This document shows, piece by piece, positions 19,063 through 31,539 of a stretch of 64,000 bases of DNA (the first letter of the stretch is position 1; each line of letters opens with the position of its first letter). The stretch lies in contig JBQDBK010000011.1 of assembly GCA_052090825.1 (NCBI GenBank), positions 2,103 through 66,102 on the forward strand, written 5' to 3'. The DNA comes from Peptoniphilaceae bacterium (GTDB lineage: Bacteria > Bacillota > Clostridia > Tissierellales > Peptoniphilaceae). Made by a program: the position numbers and the translations under genes. The notes beneath the pieces are model-generated. The model was not told where the DNA came from. It worked only from the letters and a program-made list of their open reading frames with translations, and made no database searches.

Positions 19063-21795
19063 ATGGGTTTATTAGATAAATTATTTGGCTCTTATAGTGA
19101 AAGAGAACTAAAAAAAATATATCCCCTAGTTGATAAAGTTATGGATTTAGATAGTTCTATGCAAAAACTATCAGACGAAGAACTTAAGGCTAAAACGGAA
19201 GAATTTAAAAATAGATATAAAAATGGAGAATCTTTAGATGATTTACTTGTAGAAAGTTTTGCAGTAATGAGAGAAGCATCTTCAAGAGTATTGGGAATGA
19301 AACACTTTAGAGTCCAAGTAATTGGTGGTATCATTTTACATCAAGGACGTATTGCGGAAATGAAAACTGGAGAAGGAAAGACACTTGTTGCAACCTTACC
19401 AGCTTACTTAAATGCAATCTCAGGAGATGGGGTTCATATAGTAACAGTAAATGATTACTTAGCGAGCCGTGATAAGCAATGGATGGGTAAAGTATACGAA
19501 TTTTTAGGACTTAGTGTTGGTTGTATTCTTCACGATATGACTCCAGAAGAGAGAAAAGTTGCATATGGTAGTGACATAACTTATGGAACTAACAATGAGT
19601 TTGGATTTGACTATCTTAGAGATAACATGGTTATTTACAAAGAAGAAATGGTTCAAAGAAAATTAAATTATTGTATAGTAGACGAGGTCGACTCTATATT
19701 AATAGATGAGGCTAGAACTCCTTTAATAATATCAGGACAAGGAGACGAGTCCACTGATTTATATATTAGAGCAAGAGACTTTGTAAATACTCTATCATAT
19801 AGGGTAAAAACAGAAGATGAATCTGCATTAGAGAGATTTAATAGAGAATTTGAAGAAGAAACTGTTGATTTTGTTATAAATGAAAAAGATAAGACAGCAA
19901 CGCTTTCAGGTAAAGGTATTGAAAAGGCAGAGAAATATTTTAATATAGAAAATTTATCAGATCTAGACAATATGGAAATTGCTCACCATATTAACCAAGC
20001 TTTAAAAGCTAAGGGTAATATGAAATTAGATATAGACTATGTAGTAAATGATGGCGAAATTATTATAGTAGATGAATTTACAGGAAGACTTATGTATGGT
20101 AGAAGATATTCTGATGGTCTTCACCAAGCCATCGAAGCTAAAGAAGGCTTAGAAGTTAGAGCTGAGTCTAAAACATTGGCAACAGTAACATTCCAAAATT
20201 ATTTTAGAATGTATAAAAAGCTTGCAGGTATGACAGGTACAGCAATGACAGAAGAGGGAGAATTTAGGGACATATATAATATTGATGTTGTTGAAATCCC
20301 TACAAATAAACCTATAGCAAGAGCGGATAATAATGATTCAATCTATAAAAACGAAGAAGCTAAATTTAAAGCAGTAGTAAAAGATATTGAACAAGCCCAC
20401 GAAAAAGGGCAACCTGTACTAGTTGGTACTATATCAATTGAAAAGTCAGAAGAGTTATCTAAATTTTTAAAACGTGCTGGAATAAAGCATAATGTATTGA
20501 ATGCTAAAAAGCATGAGAAAGAGTCTGAAATAGTAGCACAAGCTGGAAGGTATGGTGCTGTTACTATAGCTACAAATATGGCAGGTCGTGGTACGGATAT
20601 CGTACTGGGTGGTAATCCTGAATATATGGCTAAGGTTGAATTAAAGAAAAAAGGAATGGAAGATGAAGTTTTAGAACAAGTTGATTCCTTTAATGAGACA
20701 GATGACCAGATAATAATTGATGCTCGTAATAAGTATCAAGAACTAGTAAAAAAATATAAAGAAGAAACTGATAAAGAAGCTAAAGCTGTTGTGGAAGCAG
20801 GTGGATTGCACATAATAGGGACAGAAAGACACGAGTCACGAAGAATCGATAATCAGTTGCGTGGTCGTGCGGGTCGTCAAGGGGATCCAGGTTCAACTAG
20901 ATTTTATATATCAGGAGATGATGATTTAATTAGGTTGTTTGCTGGAGATAGATTCAAGACAACAATGGAAAAAATTGATGCACCTGAAGACGAACCAATA
21001 GAAGCAGGGATATTAACAAAACTAATAGAATCAGCTCAAAGAAAAGTGGAAGGAAATAACTTTTCAATCCGTAAACATGTATTACAATATGACGATGTTA
21101 TGAATAAACAAAGAGAAGTGATATATGGAGAGAGAAGAAAAGTACTTGAAGGAGCAAATATAAAAGATGATATATTAGTAATGATTGATAATGTTATTGA
21201 GAAAAATATAGAATTCTATAATAAAATAGATCATGAAAATAAAAGCTATTTTGATCTAGAAGGATTAAAAACATTTGGAATAAATGAATTTGATTTTGAT
21301 GAAAATTTTCTAGATGACATTAAAAATCCGACTAAAGATAATTTAATGGAAAAGTTTAAGACTCTTTCAGAAGAAAAATATTTAGAAAAAGAGGAAGAAT
21401 TTACTCCAGAAAAGTTTAGAGAAGTTGAAAGAGTAGTTTTACTACAGGTTGTTGATCAAAAATGGATGGATCATATTGATGCAATGGATCAATTAAGAAA
21501 AGGCATTGGACTTAGAGCTGTAGGTCAAGTAGATCCAGTTAGAGCTTATACTCAAGAAGGATTTGAAATGTTTGAGCAAATGAATGAACTTATTCAAGAA
21601 GATACAGTTAAGATGCTTTATCATGTAGTTAATCCTGAAAAAGTAAAAAGAGTAAGAGTTGCTAAAGAAGTAGAAACTGTTAATCCAGAAGATGGTAAGA
21701 AAAAACCTTTTGTAAGAAAAAATAAAAAAATTGGAAGAAATGATCCCTGTCCATGTGGAAGTGGTAAAAAATATAAAAATTGTTGTGGAAAATAA
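19063..21795 (+). CDS. secA: Preprotein translocase ATPase SecA
   Basis: 910 aa with MKTGEGKT Walker [20 protein letters not shown] and a C-terminal zinc finger [14 protein letters not shown]. Confidence 0.97.
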   Translation: MGLLDKLFGSYSERELKKIYPLVDKVMDLDSSMQKLSDEELKAKTEEFKNRYKNGESLDDLLVESFAVMREASSRVLGMKHFRVQVIGGIILHQGRIAEMKTGEGKTLVATLPAYLNAISGDGVHIVTVNDYLASRDKQWMGKVYEFLGLSVGCILHDMTPEERKVAYGSDITYGTNNEFGFDYLRDNMVIYKEEMVQRKLNYCIVDEVDSILIDEARTPLIISGQGDESTDLYIRARDFVNTLSYRVKTEDESALERFNREFEEETVDFVINEKDKTATLSGKGIEKAEKYFNIENLSDLDNMEIAHHINQALKAKGNMKLDIDYVVNDGEIIIVDEFTGRLMYGRRYSDGLHQAIEAKEGLEVRAESKTLATVTFQNYFRMYKKLAGMTGTAMTEEGEFRDIYNIDVVEIPTNKPIARADNNDSIYKNEEAKFKAVVKDIEQAHEKGQPVLVGTISIEKSEELSKFLKRAGIKHNVLNAKKHEKESEIVAQAGRYGAVTIATNMAGRGTDIVLGGNPEYMAKVELKKKGMEDEVLEQVDSFNETDDQIIIDARNKYQELVKKYKEETDKEAKAVVEAGGLHIIGTERHESRRIDNQLRGRAGRQGDPGSTRFYISGDDDLIRLFAGDRFKTTMEKIDAPEDEPIEAGILTKLIESAQRKVEGNNFSIRKHVLQYDDVMNKQREVIYGERRKVLEGANIKDDILVMIDNVIEKNIEFYNKIDHENKSYFDLEGLKTFGINEFDFDENFLDDIKNPTKDNLMEKFKTLSEEKYLEKEEEFTPEKFREVERVVLLQVVDQKWMDHIDAMDQLRKGIGLRAVGQVDPVRAYTQEGFEMFEQMNELIQEDTVKMLYHVVNPEKVKRVRVAKEVETVNPEDGKKKPFVRKNKKIGRNDPCPCGSGKKYKNCCGK

Positions 21796-21827
21796 GAGTT
21801 TGCCTATAGGCAAACTCTTATTTTTTA
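21794..21827 (+). terminator. Intrinsic terminator after secA
   Basis: AAGAGTTTGCC tata GGCAAACTCTT followed by a T-run. The stem overlaps the stop codon. Confidence 0.85.
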
Positions 21828-21929
21828 TTAAAATTATTTTTTATATACCACGGTAAATTATTGCAAACTAAAGTGATATATGGTAGATTTGAAAAAATAA
21901 ACAAAAATATATTTTAACGGAGGGGAAAA

Positions 21930-23729
21930 ATGAAAAAGAAATTTGTAAGCTTAGTTTGTATAATTCTAACAGTATCCTTTATTTTAACAGGATGTGGTGG
22001 CGGAAGTAGTTCAGGAGGTAATGAAGAAGGGAAAACTATACTTCATACTAGGAATGCTTCCGATCCTGGCACATTAGATCCAGCTTTAGCGCAAGGTACT
22101 CACGAGTCATGGATTTTAAATCATTTGTTCACAGGATTATTAACTTATGATAAAGAGGGTGAACTAGTTGAAGGTATGTCGGAAATGCCTACAATTTCAG
22201 AAGATGGATTAACTTATACTTTTAAAATAAAAGATGGAATGAAGTGGTCTAATGGAGATCCAGTAACTGCTAAAGACTTTGAATATGAATGGTTAAGAGT
22301 TCTTAATCCTGAAACAGCATCTATATATGCTTATCAATTGTATTACGTAAAGGGTGGAGAAGACTACAATACAGTTGAAAAACCTGGAATTTACTATGTA
22401 AAAGATGATGAAGGAAATGATACTGATGAAGTAGATCATGAAGTTAAATATACAGATGCTGATCTTCAAGGTTTAGAGACTGATGGAAAATCTGATGATG
22501 AGATAGCACAAATGGTATATGAAAAATGGTCTGAAGAAAAAAGAGCAGAAGTCGGAGTTAAAGCATTAGATGACAAAACACTAGAAGTTAAATTAGAAAA
22601 TCCAACCCCATATTTCTCAGATTTAACAGCATTTTATACTTACTATCCAGTAAATGCTAAGGTAGTAGAAGAAAATCCAGATTGGGCTAAAGAAGGTTCT
22701 ACTCATGTTTCTAATGGAGCTTTTTCACTAGCTAATTGGGAACATGATAATATAATTGAACTAGTAAAAAATGATAATTGGTTTAATGCAGATCAAGTAA
22801 AATTAGATGGAATAATTTTTGATGTTTTAGAAGATGCTAATACTTCTTATCAAAACTATGATGCTGGCAAGTATTCAATGCTAGTTGATCCACCACAAGA
22901 AGTAGTTGCACAAAAATTTGAAGAAAAAGACGAAGAATTAATTATAGGTAAACAAGTAGGAACTTATTATTACAACTTAAACAATATAAAAACTGAAGGA
23001 GTTAAGAATCCTTTTACTAATGTAAATATAAGAAAAGCTTTATCTATGTCAATAGATAGAGAAGGCTTAGTAAACAATATTACTAAAGGGGGTCAAATTC
23101 CAGCTACAGCTATGGTACCTTTTGGTTTATTAGATGAAAATGGAAAAGACTTTAGAGAAGTAAATGGAACTTTAATAGAGTACAATAAAGAAGAAGCTAA
23201 AAATTTATTAGAAAAGGGAATGCAAGAAGAAGGATTAACATTAGCAGATGTTAATGGAAAAACTCTTCTTTATAATACAGATGAATCTCATAAAAAAATA
23301 GCTCAAGCAATTCAACAAATGTGGAAAGAAAATCTTGGTGTAGAAATAAATCTAGAAAATGCAGACTTTAACGTAAAACTATCACGTGAACATGCTCATG
23401 ATTTTGAAATAAGTCGTGCTGGTTGGGTAGGAGATTATTCAGATCCAATGACTATGTTAGATTTATTCGTAACAGGAGCCTCTATGAATGATTCAGGATA
23501 TTCCAATCCAAAATATGATGAATTAATAAATACTGCTAAACAAAGTGCAGACCAAAAAGTTCGTATGGAATCAATGAAAGAAGCAGAAAAGATATTAATG
23601 GAAGATATGCCAATAATACCTGTTTATTTCTACACACAACCTTATTTTGTTAAATCAAGTGTAAAAGGTATTTATAAGCCAGTGCTTCAATATCCAGTAC
23701 TAACTTATGCAGAATTAGGTGAAGAATAA
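21930..23729 (+). CDS. oppA: Peptide ABC transporter substrate-binding lipoprotein (Opp/Dpp family 5 SBP)
   Basis: Lipobox LTGCGGGSS. 599 aa with a family-5 SBP-like sequence. First gene of an A-B-C-D-F array. Confidence 0.85.
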   Translation: MKKKFVSLVCIILTVSFILTGCGGGSSSGGNEEGKTILHTRNASDPGTLDPALAQGTHESWILNHLFTGLLTYDKEGELVEGMSEMPTISEDGLTYTFKIKDGMKWSNGDPVTAKDFEYEWLRVLNPETASIYAYQLYYVKGGEDYNTVEKPGIYYVKDDEGNDTDEVDHEVKYTDADLQGLETDGKSDDEIAQMVYEKWSEEKRAEVGVKALDDKTLEVKLENPTPYFSDLTAFYTYYPVNAKVVEENPDWAKEGSTHVSNGAFSLANWEHDNIIELVKNDNWFNADQVKLDGIIFDVLEDANTSYQNYDAGKYSMLVDPPQEVVAQKFEEKDEELIIGKQVGTYYYNLNNIKTEGVKNPFTNVNIRKALSMSIDREGLVNNITKGGQIPATAMVPFGLLDENGKDFREVNGTLIEYNKEEAKNLLEKGMQEEGLTLADVNGKTLLYNTDESHKKIAQAIQQMWKENLGVEINLENADFNVKLSREHAHDFEISRAGWVGDYSDPMTMLDLFVTGASMNDSGYSNPKYDELINTAKQSADQKVRMESMKEAEKILMEDMPIIPVYFYTQPYFVKSSVKGIYKPVLQYPVLTYAELGEE

Positions 23730-23795
23730 TAATAATAAATAATTAGAACTCCTTGTAAGGGGGGTTCTAACTTTTATTATAAGAAAGGAAATAAC

Positions 23796-24722
23796 ATGAC
23801 TAAATTTATTTTAAAAAGAGTAGGTATGTCTATATTCACAATATTTTTTGTAATTAGTCTTACTTTTTTTCTAATGCATTCTATTCCTGGAAATCCATTA
23901 CAACAAGAAGGTAAGATGCCTCAATCTGTATACAATAATTTAGAAAAAAAATATGGATTAGACAAACCTAAATCAACACAATATATAATATATTTAAAAA
24001 ATATGTTGAAATTTGATTTCGGCGAAAGCATGAAATCTCAAACTGAAAATGTAAATCAAATGATTAATAGGGGTTTCCCAGTATCTGTAAGATTAGGTAT
24101 TCAAGCTTTAATTTATGCGCTAATACTTGGACCTTTATTAGGAGCTTTAGCAGCAATTTATCAGAATAAAATCCCGGATTATATAGCTATGGTTTTTGCC
24201 ATTATAGGTATATCAGTACCATCATTTATAATGGGTACTTTATTAATCCAGCTATTGGCTAAGGGAGGAGCTTTTCCTATAAGTGGATGGGGAACGTTTA
24301 AGCATACTATTTTACCATCTTTTGCCCTTAGTCTAATGCCAACTGCACAAATTGCAAGATTAATGCGTTCGTCAATGTTAGAAGTATTAGGGCAAGATTA
24401 TATGAAGACTGCTAAAAGTAAGGGAATTTCTAAGTTTTCAGTAATAATGAAACATGCTTATAGGAATTCTATATTGCCAGTAGTATCAATATTAGGAACA
24501 ATATCTGCTGACTTATTAATGGGATCCTTTGTAATTGAAAAAATATTTGGAATACCTGGATTGGGTAGATTCTTTATAAAAAGTATAACTGACAGAGATT
24601 ATACATTAATAATGGGAACAACAGTATTTTATGCAATAGTTTTAGTATTAATGATACTTTTAGTTGATATAGCTTATACACTAATAGATCCAAGAATTAA
24701 ACTATCAGGAGGTAAATTATAA
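23796..24722 (+). CDS. oppB: Peptide ABC transporter permease
   Basis: 308 aa, 6-TM layout with the EAA-like loop region (MKTAKSKGIS). Confidence 0.85.
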   Translation: MTKFILKRVGMSIFTIFFVISLTFFLMHSIPGNPLQQEGKMPQSVYNNLEKKYGLDKPKSTQYIIYLKNMLKFDFGESMKSQTENVNQMINRGFPVSVRLGIQALIYALILGPLLGALAAIYQNKIPDYIAMVFAIIGISVPSFIMGTLLIQLLAKGGAFPISGWGTFKHTILPSFALSLMPTAQIARLMRSSMLEVLGQDYMKTAKSKGISKFSVIMKHAYRNSILPVVSILGTISADLLMGSFVIEKIFGIPGLGRFFIKSITDRDYTLIMGTTVFYAIVLVLMILLVDIAYTLIDPRIKLSGGKL

Positions 24723-25666
24723 TGGAAACTAAAAAAACTTTTATACCTTCGCCTGAAATGTTTAAAAAAGTAGTTAAATCGGATGAAGAAAAGATAACAA
24801 GACCAACTATAAAATATTGGGAAGATGTATGGAGAAGGTTAAAAAATAATAAGTTAGCAATGGCGGGTCTTTTTATAATTATATTTATGATTTTATTTGC
24901 TATAATAGGGCCAATGATTAGTGGAACAACATATGAAAAAATGGACATGTTGAATACAAATCAAAAACCAAGTTCGGAATTTTGGTTTGGAACTGATTCA
25001 TTAGGAAGAGATTTATTCACAAGAGTTACTTATGGTTCAAGATATTCTCTTTTAATAGGATTCTTCGTTGCATTTATAAATATTACAGTAGGTGTATTGT
25101 ATGGTGGTATAGCTGGAATGAGCTCAAGAAGAGTAGATTCTATACTAATGCGTATAGCAGAAATCATATATTCAATACCTTATTTGCTAGTAGTTATATT
25201 GCTATCTGTAGTATTTTCTAAAAGTGGTTCAGGAACTTCTTTTGGAGTTATGATACTTGCTATGTCTATTTCAGGTTGGATACCAACAGCTATACTTGTA
25301 AGAGGTCAAGTTCTATCTTTAAAAGAGTCAGAATATGTTATGGCATCAAGATCTATGGGTGCAAAAGACAATTGGATATTATTTAAACATATATTACCTA
25401 ATACTTTAGGGCCAATTCTTGTAAATTTAACATTAATTATACCAAGAGCTATATTTTCAGAAGCGACACTTTCTTTCGTTTCCTTAGGGCTACAAGATCC
25501 CCTTCCATCTCTTGGAAACTTAGCGAATAGTGGTTTGGAAGTTTTAGCTATAGGATTAGGCTATCAAGTAATGTTGCCAGCAATAATGATTTCTCTTATT
25601 ATGTTTGGTTTTAATGTGCTAGGGGATGGATTACAAGACGCTTTAGATCCAAGACTTAGAAAGTGA
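24722..25666 (+). CDS. oppC: Peptide ABC transporter permease
   Basis: 314 aa with the N-terminal OppC-type extension and an EAA-like region (VMASRSMGAK). Its start overlaps the oppB stop. Confidence 0.85.
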   Translation: METKKTFIPSPEMFKKVVKSDEEKITRPTIKYWEDVWRRLKNNKLAMAGLFIIIFMILFAIIGPMISGTTYEKMDMLNTNQKPSSEFWFGTDSLGRDLFTRVTYGSRYSLLIGFFVAFINITVGVLYGGIAGMSSRRVDSILMRIAEIIYSIPYLLVVILLSVVFSKSGSGTSFGVMILAMSISGWIPTAILVRGQVLSLKESEYVMASRSMGAKDNWILFKHILPNTLGPILVNLTLIIPRAIFSEATLSFVSLGLQDPLPSLGNLANSGLEVLAIGLGYQVMLPAIMISLIMFGFNVLGDGLQDALDPRLRK

Positions 25667-25674
25667 GGTAGAAA

Positions 25675-26679
25675 ATGGAAAATATTGAAAATATTTTAGA
25701 AGTTAAAAATTTGCAAGTATCATTTAAAACTTTCTTTGGAGAAGTTGAAGCAGTCAGGGGTATTTCATTTAATGTACCAAAATCTAAAACTGTAGCTATT
25801 GTTGGTGAATCAGGCTGTGGTAAAAGTGTTACGGCTAATTCAATAATGAAATTATTACCTAACCCTCCAGCCTTCTATAAGGGAGGTCAAATATTATTTG
25901 AAGGGGAAGATATAGTAAAAAAGACTGATAAGGAAATGGAAGATCTTAGAGGAAAAACTATATCAATGGTATTCCAAGATCCTATGACTTCTTTAAACCC
26001 AACGATGAGAGTTGGAGACCAAATAATGGAAGGTTTGCTTAAGCATGAAAAAATAAGCAAAGATGAAGCTAGAAAAAGAGCTATAGAAATATTAGAGTTA
26101 GTAAGCGTTCCAAATGCTGCTAGAAGAATAAAACAATATCCTCATGAATTTTCAGGAGGTATGAGACAACGTGTTATGCTTGCTATAGCTATGGTTATGA
26201 ATCCTAAATTATTAATAGCAGATGAGCCTACAACTGCTCTTGATGTAACAGTACAAGCTCAGATATTAGAACTTATGAAAAAGCTTCAAAGTGAAATTGG
26301 AATGAGTATTATATTGATAACCCATGATTTAGGAGTAGTAGCTGATACTAGTGATATGGTGGAAGTTATGTATGCAGGACAGATTATGGAAGAGGGTAAT
26401 ACTAATGAAATTTTTTATAATCCAAAACACCCTTATACTAAAAAATTACTAGCATCTATTCCTAAAGCAAATATGACTAGGGAAGAAAAGTTAAGTTCAA
26501 TTAAAGGAACGCCACCTGATTTATATATACCTCCAAAAGGTTGTCCTTTCTTCGATAGATGTGATGAGGCTATGGTAGTTTGTGAAAAAAATATGCCTCC
26601 AGTAACAGAACATGAAAAGGGACACTTATGCAGATGTTGGTTATATCATGAAATGTGTCCTATAAAAGAGGAGGTATAA
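25675..26679 (+). CDS. oppD: Peptide ABC transporter ATP-binding protein
   Basis: Walker A GESGCGKS, signature FSGGMRQR, Walker [12 protein letters not shown], Cys-rich oligopeptide C-terminal domain. Confidence 0.9.
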   Translation: MENIENILEVKNLQVSFKTFFGEVEAVRGISFNVPKSKTVAIVGESGCGKSVTANSIMKLLPNPPAFYKGGQILFEGEDIVKKTDKEMEDLRGKTISMVFQDPMTSLNPTMRVGDQIMEGLLKHEKISKDEARKRAIEILELVSVPNAARRIKQYPHEFSGGMRQRVMLAIAMVMNPKLLIADEPTTALDVTVQAQILELMKKLQSEIGMSIILITHDLGVVADTSDMVEVMYAGQIMEEGNTNEIFYNPKHPYTKKLLASIPKANMTREEKLSSIKGTPPDLYIPPKGCPFFDRCDEAMVVCEKNMPPVTEHEKGHLCRCWLYHEMCPIKEEV

Positions 26680-26680
26680 A

Positions 26681-27637
26681 ATGAATGAGCCTTTAATAAG
26701 TGCAAGAGGAATTAAAAAATATTTTAATGTGAAAAAAGGAACATTAAAAGCAGTAGATGATGTAAGTTTCGATATTTATAAAGGAGAAACTTTAGGTCTT
26801 GTAGGAGAGTCTGGATGTGGAAAGTCAACGACTGGTAGAACAATTTTAAAATTAATTGAACCTACAGGAGGTCAACTTTTATTTGAAGGTGAGGATATAT
26901 TTAAACTATCTCAAAGTGAGCTTAGAAAAAAAAGAAAAGACTTTCAATTTATTTTTCAAGATCCTTATGCATCTTTAAACCCTAGAATGACTGTTGAAGA
27001 TATAGTAGCAGAGCCTTTTAAAATAAATAATTTATATAAAAATCCGAAAGAAAGAAAAGCTAAAGTAATAGAACTTTTAAGATTAGTAGGTTTGTCTGCA
27101 GAACACGCTTCAAGATTTCCACATGAATTTTCAGGCGGGCAAAGGCAACGTGTTGGAATTGCAAGAGCCTTGGCATTAGATCCTAAGTTTATAGTTTGTG
27201 ACGAGCCAATATCTGCCTTAGATGTGTCAATTCAAGCTCAAGTTGTAAACTTGTTAATAGATTTACAAAAGAAATTGAATCTAACTTATCTTTTCATTGC
27301 TCATGACCTATCAATGGTGAAATATATTTCAGATAGAGTTGGGGTTATGTATTTAGGAAATATAATGGAACTTGCAAGTTCTGATGAATTGTATGAAAAT
27401 CCACTTCATCCTTATACAATAGCCTTGTTATCTGCTATACCTCTAGCAGATCCTATAGTACAAAAGACAAAACAGAGGATTGTCTTAGAAGGAGAAGTAC
27501 CAAGTCCTATAGATCCTCCTGATGCTTGTCCTTTTGTAGACAGATGTCCAAGAGCAGAAGCTATATGTAAAGAATCCAAACCTAAATTAAGAGAAGTTAG
27601 TGAAAAACATTTTGTAGCTTGTCATCTTGTAAAATAA
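26681..27637 (+). CDS. oppF: Peptide ABC transporter ATP-binding protein
   Basis: Walker [10 protein letters not shown], signature FSGGQRQR, Walker [12 protein letters not shown], Cys-containing C-terminal domain. Confidence 0.9.
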   Translation: MNEPLISARGIKKYFNVKKGTLKAVDDVSFDIYKGETLGLVGESGCGKSTTGRTILKLIEPTGGQLLFEGEDIFKLSQSELRKKRKDFQFIFQDPYASLNPRMTVEDIVAEPFKINNLYKNPKERKAKVIELLRLVGLSAEHASRFPHEFSGGQRQRVGIARALALDPKFIVCDEPISALDVSIQAQVVNLLIDLQKKLNLTYLFIAHDLSMVKYISDRVGVMYLGNIMELASSDELYENPLHPYTIALLSAIPLADPIVQKTKQRIVLEGEVPSPIDPPDACPFVDRCPRAEAICKESKPKLREVSEKHFVACHLVK

Positions 27638-27676
27638 AAAATATGTTAGATTTATATAAATCTAACATATTTTTTA
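27637..27676. terminator. Bidirectional terminator between oppF and the convergent M3 peptidase gene
   Basis: AATATGTTAGATTTA / TAAATCTAACATATT palindrome flanked by A- and T-runs. Confidence 0.8.
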
Positions 27677-27683
27677 TTTTACA

Positions 27684-29366
27684 TTAATTTATTTCTATAT
27701 TATTTAATGTTTCTTCAAGTTTAGGAATAATATCTTTTAAAATATTAGTATTAATAGGATTCTTTATCTTGCCAATATCTATTAAATCAAAGAAAGAATA
27801 TTCTCCTCCAGCCTTGCATAAAGTAATATATTCAGCTAGAGCTTGATCAGGATTTTCAATAGATTTAATTAAGTATTGAAAAGCACAAACTTGAGCAAGA
27901 GTATAGTCTATATAATAAAAAGGAGCATTAAATACATGACCTTGTCCGAACCAATAACCGCCATTTTCAAGAAACTCATTATCATATATAATGTTTGGAT
28001 CATACATCATTTCAAGTTCATGAAATTTTTTTCTTCTTTCTTCAGGAGTAGCTGTAGGGTTTTCATAGACAAAATGTTGAAAATGATCAATAGTAGCACC
28101 ATAAGGAATAAAACAAATAGCATTAGTTAAGGCCTGGTATCTAAACTTATCTGCATAATCACCAAAGAAATATTCCATATATGGCCAAGTTAAAAATTCC
28201 ATGCTCATTGAATGAATTTCACAAGCTTCATAAGTTGGCCATATATATTCTGGAATTATCTTATCTTGTGACATATAATTTTGAAAAGCATGACCAGCCT
28301 CATGAGTAATTACATCAATATCACCCTTAGTTCCATTAAAGTTGGAGAATATAAAAGGAGATTTATATTTGTCGAAACTAGTACAATATCCTCCAGCTCT
28401 TTTACCTGCTTTTGCTACAAGATCCATTAGTTCTTTATCAACCATAAAATCAAAAAATTTTCCAGTTTCAGGACTCAATTCACGATACATTTTTTGAGCT
28501 TTCTTAATTATGTCATCTGGACTACCTTGAGGATTAGGATTCCCATCTATAAACTCTAATGGCCTATCATAGAATTTAAAGTCTTCAATATTAATTCTCT
28601 TAGCTTGGTTTTTTCTTAATTTAGCTGCGAAAGGGCTTATATATTTTAAAACTTTCTTTCTATATTCTGCGACATCTTTAGAGTTATAGTCAGTTCTTTT
28701 TAATAATTTATATCGTAAATCAATATAATTTTTATAACCTAGACTTTTTGCCATTTCATGTCTAATTTTAACCAATTTATCGAAAATATTATCAAAGGTT
28801 TCTATATTATCTTGGAAAAATTTCCACTTAGCTTCATAGGCTTCTTTTCTGTATTTTCTATCAGGGTTTTGTAAGTGTGGTGCTATTTGACTTAGGCTAT
28901 AGATTTCACCCTTAAAATAAATTTTGGAATTAGCTATTAATTTACTATATTGGCTAATTAATTCATTTTCTTTTTGCATAAAAGGGATGGCTCTTTCATT
29001 TATAACAAACTCACATTCTAATAGTTTAAAATAGTGGCTTCCAATTTCATTTTCTAGCTCTTTTCTAAATTTAGAATTTACAATGGCCTTATAAACTTCA
29101 ACAAGTTTAGAAGATACAATAGGTAAATTTTTATCGATAAAATTATTTTCTTTTTCGTAGAATGCATCTCTAGTATCGATGCTATGTCTAGTATAGGCTA
29201 GATTTATGTTTGTTTCTAAGTCTGTTTTAAATTCATTAAATTTTTTTAGACAAATTAATGCTTCTTCATAGCTCTCAGAATCATTTAATTCAAGTATAAT
29301 CTTATCAAGAAAGTTCAATACTTTTTTAGTATCAAATCTAGTATAAGGCATTTCTTTAAATTTCAT
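27684..29366 (-). CDS. M3-family oligoendopeptidase (PepF-like)
   Basis: 560 aa with the zinc motif HEAGHAF and a downstream E (EIHSMSME). Confidence 0.85.
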   Translation of the reverse strand: MKFKEMPYTRFDTKKVLNFLDKIILELNDSESYEEALICLKKFNEFKTDLETNINLAYTRHSIDTRDAFYEKENNFIDKNLPIVSSKLVEVYKAIVNSKFRKELENEIGSHYFKLLECEFVINERAIPFMQKENELISQYSKLIANSKIYFKGEIYSLSQIAPHLQNPDRKYRKEAYEAKWKFFQDNIETFDNIFDKLVKIRHEMAKSLGYKNYIDLRYKLLKRTDYNSKDVAEYRKKVLKYISPFAAKLRKNQAKRINIEDFKFYDRPLEFIDGNPNPQGSPDDIIKKAQKMYRELSPETGKFFDFMVDKELMDLVAKAGKRAGGYCTSFDKYKSPFIFSNFNGTKGDIDVITHEAGHAFQNYMSQDKIIPEYIWPTYEACEIHSMSMEFLTWPYMEYFFGDYADKFRYQALTNAICFIPYGATIDHFQHFVYENPTATPEERRKKFHELEMMYDPNIIYDNEFLENGGYWFGQGHVFNAPFYYIDYTLAQVCAFQYLIKSIENPDQALAEYITLCKAGGEYSFFDLIDIGKIKNPINTNILKDIIPKLEETLNNIEIN

Positions 29367-29597
29367 ATTATCCCTCCTAAAATAAAGTATATATTATATG
29401 ATTATAATTACAATAGTGGATTAAATATTAATAAAAGTGATTATTTAAAATTACGACAGTGAAATATCACTTTAAAACGTTGAAATACAGACGTTTTCCT
29501 AAAATATAATTATAAAAGTAAATTGATATTATATAAAATTAATGGTAGAATATGTAAATATAAATATGAAAATGATTGCATTGGAGATTTGATAATT

Positions 29598-30602
29598 ATG
29601 GAAAAAAGAGAACCACTAATAGAAATAAAAAATCTTCATACAGGATTTAGAATAAAAGATGAATATTATGATGCCGTAGACGATGTTAGTTTAAATTTAT
29701 ACCCAGAAGAAGTATTGGCTATAGTAGGAGAGTCAGGTTGTGGTAAATCTACTCTAGCAACTACAGTTATGGGACTTCATAATTTAAACTTCACAAGAGT
29801 TTCAGGTGAGGTATTTCTAAAAGGTAAAAATATTCTAAATTCAAGTGAAGAGGAGTACAATAAAATAAGAGGCGGACAAATTGGAATGATATTTCAAGAT
29901 CCCCTATCAGCCTTAAATCCACTTCAAAGAATAGGGCAACAAATTGAAGAGGGTTTGATATATCATACAGATTTAAATGCTGAAGAAAGAAAAGCTAGAG
30001 CCTTAGAATTTCTACAAAGAGTTGGGATTGAAAATCCAGAAAGAATTTATAGACAATTTCCTCATGAATTGTCAGGGGGAATGCGCCAAAGAGTTATTAT
30101 CGCAATAGCACTTATTTGCAAGCCAGAAGTTATGATAGCTGACGAACCTACAACCGCTCTTGATGTAACCATTCAAGCCCAAATTTTAGATCTTTTATTA
30201 GATCTTCAAGATGAAATGAAAGCAGGAATCATACTCATAACTCATGACTTGGGAGTTGTGGCACAAGTTGCAGATAGAATAGCAGTTATGTATGCAGGTC
30301 AAATAGTGGAAATAGCAGAAGCTTCTGTTCTTTTTTCTAATCCCTTACATCCTTATACAAGGAGTCTATTAAACTCTATTCCTCAAGTAGATTTAAAAGA
30401 AGGAAGTAGATTACATGTCATTAAAGGAATGGTTCCATCTTTAAAGAATCTTCCAAGAACAGGATGTAGATTTGCACCAAGAATAGGGCATATACCACAA
30501 GAAGCTCATGAAGAGAATCCTGTCTTGCATGAAGTTGAACCAGGACATTTTGTTAGATGTACTTGTTATAAAGAATTCTATTTCAAAGAGGAGGATAAAT
30601 AA
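29598..30602 (+). CDS. Peptide ABC transporter ATP-binding protein (second system, OppD-like)
   Basis: Walker [10 protein letters not shown], signature LSGGMRQR, Walker [12 protein letters not shown]. Preferred start is ATG 29598 ([13 protein letters not shown]), because the track start at 29523 adds an implausible 25-aa extension. Confidence 0.85.
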   Translation: MEKREPLIEIKNLHTGFRIKDEYYDAVDDVSLNLYPEEVLAIVGESGCGKSTLATTVMGLHNLNFTRVSGEVFLKGKNILNSSEEEYNKIRGGQIGMIFQDPLSALNPLQRIGQQIEEGLIYHTDLNAEERKARALEFLQRVGIENPERIYRQFPHELSGGMRQRVIIAIALICKPEVMIADEPTTALDVTIQAQILDLLLDLQDEMKAGIILITHDLGVVAQVADRIAVMYAGQIVEIAEASVLFSNPLHPYTRSLLNSIPQVDLKEGSRLHVIKGMVPSLKNLPRTGCRFAPRIGHIPQEAHEENPVLHEVEPGHFVRCTCYKEFYFKEEDK

Positions 30603-31537
30603 TGAGTTTACTGGAAATTAAAGACTTAAAAGTTCATTATCCTATTAGAGGTGGATTCTTTAATAGGATTTTAGACTATGTATATGCAGTAGATGGTGTA
30701 GATATGTTCGTAGAAGAGGGTAAAACCTATGGACTTATAGGAGAAAGTGGATCAGGTAAATCTACTATAGGGAAAACTATACTAGGTTTGGAGAAAGCTA
30801 CTTCTGGTGAAATTATTTTTAATGGTAAGAATATTTTAGACAAAAAAATAAGAAAAAAAATAAATTATCATGAAGATGTTCAAATGATATTTCAAGATTC
30901 AATGTCAAGCCTAGACCCTAAAAAAAGAATATTAGATATTATGGCAGAGCCTATAAGGAATTTTGAACACCTTGATGAAAAAGCGGAAAGAAACAAAATA
31001 TATGACTTATTAAGCATCGTAGGTATGCAAAGAGATGCAATATATAAGTATCCTCATGAATTTTCTGGCGGACAGAGACAAAGAATTGGAGTTGCTAGAG
31101 CAATAGCGTGCCATCCTAAATTAATAGTGGCAGATGAACCGGTATCAGCTCTAGACTTATCTGTCCAGGCTCAAGTATTAAATTACATGAAAGATATACA
31201 AAAAGATATGAACTTAGCCTATATATTTATATCTCACGACTTAGGAGTAGTAAGACATATGTGTGATTATATATATATAATGCATAGGGGGAGATTTACT
31301 GAAACTGGGACAAAAGAAGATATATATGGGAATCCTCAGCATATTTATACAAAGAGATTAATATCTTCAATACCACGCATCAATCCAAATGTAAAATATG
31401 AGTTAAAAGAAATGAGAGAAAAAGTGGAAGAGGAGTTTGATAGTCTTTACAATTATTACTACGATAAAGAAGGAAAAGTCTACCCTTTGAAACAAATTTC
31501 TGAGACGCATTTTGTTGGAGAAAGGAAGGGTGAATAA
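30602..31537 (+). CDS. Peptide ABC transporter ATP-binding protein (second system, OppF-like)
   Basis: Walker A GESGSGKST, signature FSGGQRQR, Walker B IVADEPVSALD. Its start overlaps the preceding stop. Confidence 0.9.
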   Translation: MSLLEIKDLKVHYPIRGGFFNRILDYVYAVDGVDMFVEEGKTYGLIGESGSGKSTIGKTILGLEKATSGEIIFNGKNILDKKIRKKINYHEDVQMIFQDSMSSLDPKKRILDIMAEPIRNFEHLDEKAERNKIYDLLSIVGMQRDAIYKYPHEFSGGQRQRIGVARAIACHPKLIVADEPVSALDLSVQAQVLNYMKDIQKDMNLAYIFISHDLGVVRHMCDYIYIMHRGRFTETGTKEDIYGNPQHIYTKRLISSIPRINPNVKYELKEMREKVEEEFDSLYNYYYDKEGKVYPLKQISETHFVGERKGE

Positions 31538-31539
31538 TT